A stretch of DNA of 64,000 bases from Lepidodermella squamata (lineage: Eukaryota; Animalia; Gastrotricha): positions 744,001 through 808,000 of the forward strand of contig JBLDXI010000036.1 of NCBI GenBank assembly GCA_047495785.1, read 5' to 3'. The notes under the pieces are model-generated. The model was not told where the DNA came from and made no database searches. It worked only from the letters and a program-made list of their open reading frames with translations. The first letter of the stretch is position 1; every line of letters begins with the position of its first letter. The translations under genes and the position numbers were made by a program. Positions 58,774 to 64,000 of the stretch are shown here, one piece after another.

Positions 58774-59349
58774 TATCTTCCCCAATTAAAATGTATTGAG
58801 GGATGGCTAATTAGTGTCTGCGTTTTGGTCAAGCTTCCATCCGAAAACTTCATTGAACTGAGATCTTGACATTCCTCACAAGGTCACACTCATGGTTTAG
58901 GACCTTTTATCCTTTTCTTAGCCACAAGTAAAATTTCGGAGGTCATAATCGCAAGTTTCATTAACATAGCGAATATTTCCGTGAGTTTTAAAAGGGACAA
59001 ATAAGAATGGAGAAGTGGTGTACTACGATTTTGGTGAAAGGGGATGGAGGGAAATTTAGGAATTTCTGCTTCAGATACGATGAGCGATGAGAAAAACGGT
59101 TAACAGAAATTGCTCAGTTTTGATACCTGAGAAGTTCCGAAATATCCCAGCTATTCCAAAATCGGTTCTTACTATTCTGTTGAGGTAATCAGAATAGTAT
59201 GCACGGTAAGCTCGACTCTTTTCAGTTTCAAAAATTCAAAACACATACAAGAGCAGACGCCACTTAGTATTCGCGACTCATCCCTCTTGGATTAACATCC
59301 TGCTAACTCGAATACGTCAATTCTACTTCATTCAGCATATTTCAAAGCA

Positions 59350-60015
59350 ATGAAAGCTATTTTAATTATTTTCCTCTCCGGCTTAGCTTTTAGCGAAGCT
59401 CAGTTCCGACGAAGGTCCCCTCCGCCCGGGCCGTTCGGCCCATTTGGCGATGCACCCCCTCCACTCCCCTTTGGGCAACCCGGCAACAATGTTCAAATCG
59501 ACCCAAATTTCGTCGCAGCCGCTGCGAGAACTCTGCGGCAAATCGTGACAGGCCAAGCGACGTTTCAACTAGACCCGAACGTCATGCCAGCAGCTCTTCG
59601 AGCCCTCCAAAGCCTCGAAAGTGGCAACACACCCATCGAAGTACCCGCGGACGTTATCCCAGCTGCTAGGGCTTTAGGATCAGTCGCGTCTCGAGCTGTT
59701 CGACTTATGGGCAACCCAAATCCTGCCCCCGTTCAAACTGAGTCTGTAGACACAATGGCTGCCGAAGTTCCGGAGGAGCCTTCCGATCTCGAAGCTCCGA
59801 TGAATGGTCGCCCTTTTGGGAGACGGTCGAATCCGGACTATGACGAGGATGAGGCGCCTCAGAGCGGCAGGTCATGGGGCGTCTGCGAGGCCCCGGATTG
59901 CTCGTACAATCCGCGAAGGAAGACGTGCTGGTGCCCGCGTAGGTTCAGGGATGAGGATTCGCCGCGCCGTAGCAGCCGGAGGCAGTCACGCCGCAGGCCG
60001 AGCAGATACGATTGA
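59350..60015 (+). CDS. Secreted Pro/Ala-rich protein with C-terminal 4-Cys motif and Arg-rich tail
   Basis: Signal peptide MKAILIIFLSGLAFSEA; repeats DP..(V/M)..AA.R.L; CEAPDCSYNPRRKTCWCP. Confidence 0.75.
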   Translation: MKAILIIFLSGLAFSEAQFRRRSPPPGPFGPFGDAPPPLPFGQPGNNVQIDPNFVAAAARTLRQIVTGQATFQLDPNVMPAALRALQSLESGNTPIEVPADVIPAARALGSVASRAVRLMGNPNPAPVQTESVDTMAAEVPEEPSDLEAPMNGRPFGRRSNPDYDEDEAPQSGRSWGVCEAPDCSYNPRRKTCWCPRRFRDEDSPRRSSRRQSRRRPSRYD

Positions 60016-60519
60016 AAAAAAGAATCTTAACTCAGAAATGTATTAATTCATCTGAATATGCATGGAGGCTTGAAATAAAAAGAAATTGGACAAAACAGCT
60101 TGATAAAGGAATTGAGGATGCAATGCGGATCTCTGTTATCAGAGAATCAATCTTTGGACAAATTATTGAAATTTTTCTGAAATTTTCACGTTTCAGTCAT
60201 CTCACAAGCTCATTCTCGCATGCAGGGATGTCGCACTGTTTGTCTCGTAATTCAACTGAGCTCCCCCGTCTGCCAACTAATTTGTATTCAGCGTCGTTAT
60301 TTAGCCTTCAGCAATAGCATCTCATTTCATACAGTTCATTTTCTGCTAACAAGATAAACTGAACTTGCAATGAGATCTTCATTTTTACGCCTGGCCACTC
60401 TACGTCCTACGCCAATTTTGTAGCAAAAGGTTTTTCAATTAAATTCTCCTCACAATCCACGGTCTACGTCGGCATTTCCAACCTCGCCCAATCTCAAACT
60501 TTATCTTCATCCAATTTAC

Positions 60520-60909
60520 ATGATGAACATATGTTTCATCCTCTTGGTTACAATTTGTTTGTTCGTTTCGGAGATAGAAGCCGGGGAGGAAAAGGCCATA
60601 AAGGAACGCTTTGATATCTTGATACGCTCAACTAAATTTAAACGCCCTCGAAATGACAAAGAGGAAGCTGGCACTACAGCTTCGAATAACATGCTTGAAA
60701 CGGCGCAAATTCTTCACTCGATGAGGCTCCTCGCAAGCGGCGATACAGCTGAAACCACGCTATTTTCACTGGCCGTTGGCGATGGTGATGACACCCGAAA
60801 ATCTAGAAGCTTCCCATACGGAATTATCGCGTCGGTTGGCGATGGGAAGGACGATAGATTGGAGCCTCTTGTCAGGGCTCTGTATTCAACGGGCAATGTC
60901 GCTCAATAA
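60520..60909 (+). CDS. Small secreted protein
   Basis: Signal peptide MMNICFILLVTICLFVSEIEA; internal A(V/S)GDG-like repeats; AATAAA overlaps the stop. Confidence 0.65.
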   Translation: MMNICFILLVTICLFVSEIEAGEEKAIKERFDILIRSTKFKRPRNDKEEAGTTASNNMLETAQILHSMRLLASGDTAETTLFSLAVGDGDDTRKSRSFPYGIIASVGDGKDDRLEPLVRALYSTGNVAQ

Positions 60910-61249
60910 AATTCAGAGGCATCTACTAATATTGTGATGTTTGCTTTCATAATTCATCTGGCCATGTTTTTTGCCTACGCGCGCTCTGGCCTCTTGACGG
61001 CATTTTTTGCCGCTAGGTGTGCAATTTGACACCTCAAAATGGTGTGAATGGCGAAGTAAAGTAATCAATACCTGGCCGCATCATATGTAAAAATAATGTT
61101 TTGCCGGCGTGTGTGTATGAGACGGTGTATTGAAGAGCGCCGTCTCGTGTTGATCTAATTTGTTTGCTCACAGGTCAGGTCAACTGCTTTTTTCGTTAAT
61201 AGAAGCTGGGATATCCGAGTTCGTTTTTTATTTCTACATCAAATTGTTC

Positions 61250-62012
61250 ATGGCGGAAATTCTCACTAACCTCGAAATTCAAAATGTAAGTAAACCGAAC
61301 ATTGAAAAATAATATTACAACGGAAAATAAACAATAATTTATTCGAAAATTTAAAAATTGAATTATGATTTTTCAGAAATTTTTTGAGGCTAGTGCTACT
61401 GGCGATGTTGGAACGATCGCTTCAATCCTTTCAGACCAATCAATAGACCCTTTACTTCTAATCGATTCGAAATTTCAGCGATATACCCATAATATCTCAG
61501 TTGAAGAAAATGTAACCTCAAGCAAATCTACAAGCCTCCATTTTGCCTGTACCCATGGGCATCCTGATGTCATTTCTTCGATTCTCAAAGCTAAATACGG
61601 CCTCGAGATGAAGCGAAACGGTGGCAATCGCGATAAATCTGTAGAAAGGTTGAAGGAGATGGTTAATCAGCAAAATGGGGATAATTCTAATAATTTAACC
61701 GCGCTAATGCTAGCCTCAGGCTACGGCCATTTGGATTGTGTCAAAATACTGACAGAATTTGAAATCGAACAGCAAAAGGAACAGCTAGCGAACGTTCAAG
61801 TTCAAGATTCGCTGGGATACTCGGCCTTAATGTTCGCAGCTTGGGCTGGGCATGCATCAATTGTCGACTACCTCATAAGCAAAAAAGCTAACGTCGATGC
61901 CAAAAACTACGTTGGCCAAACTGCTTTGAATTTAGCGAAAAATAACAATTTCACTCAGGTGTTTAAAATTCTGGAAAAATACGCGAAAACCCAAATCAAT
62001 GTATGCACATAA
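61250..62012 (+). CDS. Ankyrin-repeat protein (2 or more exons)
   Basis: TSLHFACTHGH, TALMLASGYGH, SALMFAAWAGH, GQTALNLA; first exon 61250-61285, intron 61286-61376. Confidence 0.85.
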
Positions 62013-62566
62013 TATTCTTAATTTCCGAAAATTCCGATATTTTTTCGATGTAGGAAATAATAACGGACTGTGCTCTCGGAATTGTAAACGCTTTTGTGCC
62101 GAAAATCGACTCTAACAAGGTAACGTAGTATATCTTGGAGAACAAATGAAATTTCAATTTATTTTTCCAGGAAATACGGAACACTCTTGCGAAAGCTTTA
62201 GCCGCGATGCGATTTTTCAAATTGAAATTCAAACGAAAATGATTCACAGTAAGAAAATGTCGCGAGTCTACTCCACCGGTGTGAATCTTATATTTATTGT
62301 ACCGGTGAATATTTTTGTATCGTGTTTACCGTCTTTAAAGACGATGCACTTCCCCGTCATGTTTGCAAATAAATTTGAGCTTGTGAGTCATGAAAAACGC
62401 CAGCTGGAATTCAGTTATCATCCGGGGATTTAGTCGTAGGATGGGCGAGATCGGGCCTGGATCGGGGATTCATTGGTATTTCAGCTGTCGATGTTACCCT
62501 ATATAACTAACGGACGAAGTGAGGTGTATTCGTACTGCACTTCAATTTTATCTGTTAAAAACTAAC

Positions 62567-62800
62567 ATGAAGCTGATCATTTTTTGGTTTTTCGTCGTAA
62601 TATCACTCGCTCTGTGCTGCTTCGGCAAGCCGCTGGAAACCGAGCGAGTTGTTAGCGATTTGGGCGAATGCGAGGAGTTTTGCTTACGTATTGGAATTGT
62701 CGATGGCGCGGCGATGCACGGCGTCACCAGCAAACTGCAATCGGGCCATGGGATGCTATGCAATTGCATACCTGCTGCCGATCAAACATCCAGCGAATAA
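62567..62800 (+). CDS. Small secreted Cys-containing peptide (CxxxC...CxC, defensin-like spacing)
   Basis: Signal peptide MKLIIFWFFVVISLALCCFG; ECEEFC...MLCNC; AATAAA downstream. Confidence 0.65.
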   Translation: MKLIIFWFFVVISLALCCFGKPLETERVVSDLGECEEFCLRIGIVDGAAMHGVTSKLQSGHGMLCNCIPAADQTSSE

Positions 62801-62956
62801 CTTTGTGATTTTTCACTAACATAACCTCAGATTCATTTATTGCTATGTAATAAACTTGGATACTTTCTAATCATATTTTTGATATCCTTGCTGTTGAAGA
62901 TGTGCGAGTTTTGAGAAGGAAAACTGTTCTGCTCGAACTGAGCTGCATGAATTGAC

Positions 62957-63109
62957 CGGTGCGCGAAGTAGGATCCTCGAACTAGGATGTATTTTCGGGC
63001 CCCCATTCTATGACCAAAGGGTCCCCCCTGTAGGTTTTTGGGGTTTTTTCACCTTGACCTGCCGAACTGGGGGGTACGTTACCCCTCATTCCCCCGTACT
63101 TGCGCCCTG
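62957..63109 (-). mobile_element. hAT-like MITE (26455 family), inverted
   Basis: CGGTGCGCGAAGTAGGATCC...TACTTGCGCCCTG; degenerate 8-bp TSD GAATTGAC/GAAAGGAC. Confidence 0.75.
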
Positions 63110-63336
63110 GAAAGGACCAACATTGCTCTTTGATGGGCATGGAATGGGACGAAAAATGATTACTAATTCTTGAGAAATGATGAAAAAAACCTGAATCAAT
63201 GCTACAGGCGTATATTCCCCCAAGAATAAATTATTTAAGTTGAAAATATTCTGGGATAATCCTCCTTAATCCTTATGTCTGTAGCCTGCATTGCAACCCA
63301 AATTCTTTCCATAATTTTTCCTGATTTACGGAAATT

Positions 63337-63525
63337 ATGAGAATTTTCTGGATTTTACTTACGTTCTGCCTAATTTCGGTCGCTGTGGGATGCTTCCCCC
63401 CTTTCAGAAGACGGCGACCCAGGTCAGAGAAAAGTGGCACTCGGGATGATGGCATCTTTGAAATGTCGAAACAGCCTCCGCAAAAGTCGGATCAAAATGC
63501 TTGGGCCTACTGGGGAGTTCAATGA
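63337..63525 (+). CDS. Small secreted peptide precursor
   Basis: Signal peptide MRIFWILLTFCLISVAVG followed by FPPFRRRRPR; 62 aa. Confidence 0.55.
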   Translation: MRIFWILLTFCLISVAVGCFPPFRRRRPRSEKSGTRDDGIFEMSKQPPQKSDQNAWAYWGVQ

Positions 63526-64000
63526 AATAATGATTTTAGCCCTGCACTAGACTAGTACAACACAAACTGTGCACACGTAATGAACTAACTATATTATGGA
63601 ACTATAGATTTCTGTAAAATAAATTTGCGTTTCAAACATTTTTCCTGATAAATAAATTTTCTGTCCTATCAACAGTTTCAACTTTAATTAAGATTTAACA
63701 GAATGAAAGAGGCGTGTTTGCACAAAAATGTTGCATTTTTCCGTCCGGTGTCCGATGTTACGGTTTCAAGGTAAACAAGAATTTCGGAAACCAGCTGATA
63801 TAACACACAAGCGCATGGTGCAGAGCTCAATTTCGAAGACATCTCTACGAAATCCGCCAGGGGTTATAATAAAATTGGAAATTATTGATGATACTACATC
63901 CGGAATGAAAGCTTTGACTTGGTAAAACTATAAAACCGTGAATAGGCAGTGGGCTAATACATTTGTGCTCGATCTACGGTAATAACATTACCGCGAGACT

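Overview
Eukaryotic (animal) genomic DNA with compact genes, many 45-140 bp GT-AG introns, a Pol III tRNA-Lys gene, TTAGGG-type repeats and many non-autonomous DNA transposons. The species cannot be fixed from sequence alone, but it looks like an invertebrate. The window is rich in receptor and secreted-lectin genes: two intronless GABA-B-like class C GPCR paralogues, two divergent class A-like GPCR paralogues (one split by a recent transposon), two divergent Cys-loop channels, and three secreted mosaic proteins with LamG/ConA-like, F5/8, FTP, PAN or EGF modules. The top finding is a spliced gene at 45680-48578 (-) encoding about 919 aa, in which two LamG/pentraxin-like domains are fused to a complete Cys-loop ligand-gated ion channel subunit. 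Also present: an intron-bearing GH17 beta-1,3-glucanase resembling oomycete enzymes (plus a truncated paralogue), a clavaminate-synthase/TauD-like dioxygenase with a mitochondrial-type presequence, a secreted nucleoredoxin-like protein with an altered active site, and a secreted protein built from an unfamiliar 4-Cys repeat. Several genes carry single-base +1 frameshifts that may be assembly errors. All exon structures and family assignments were read by eye; no searches were run.
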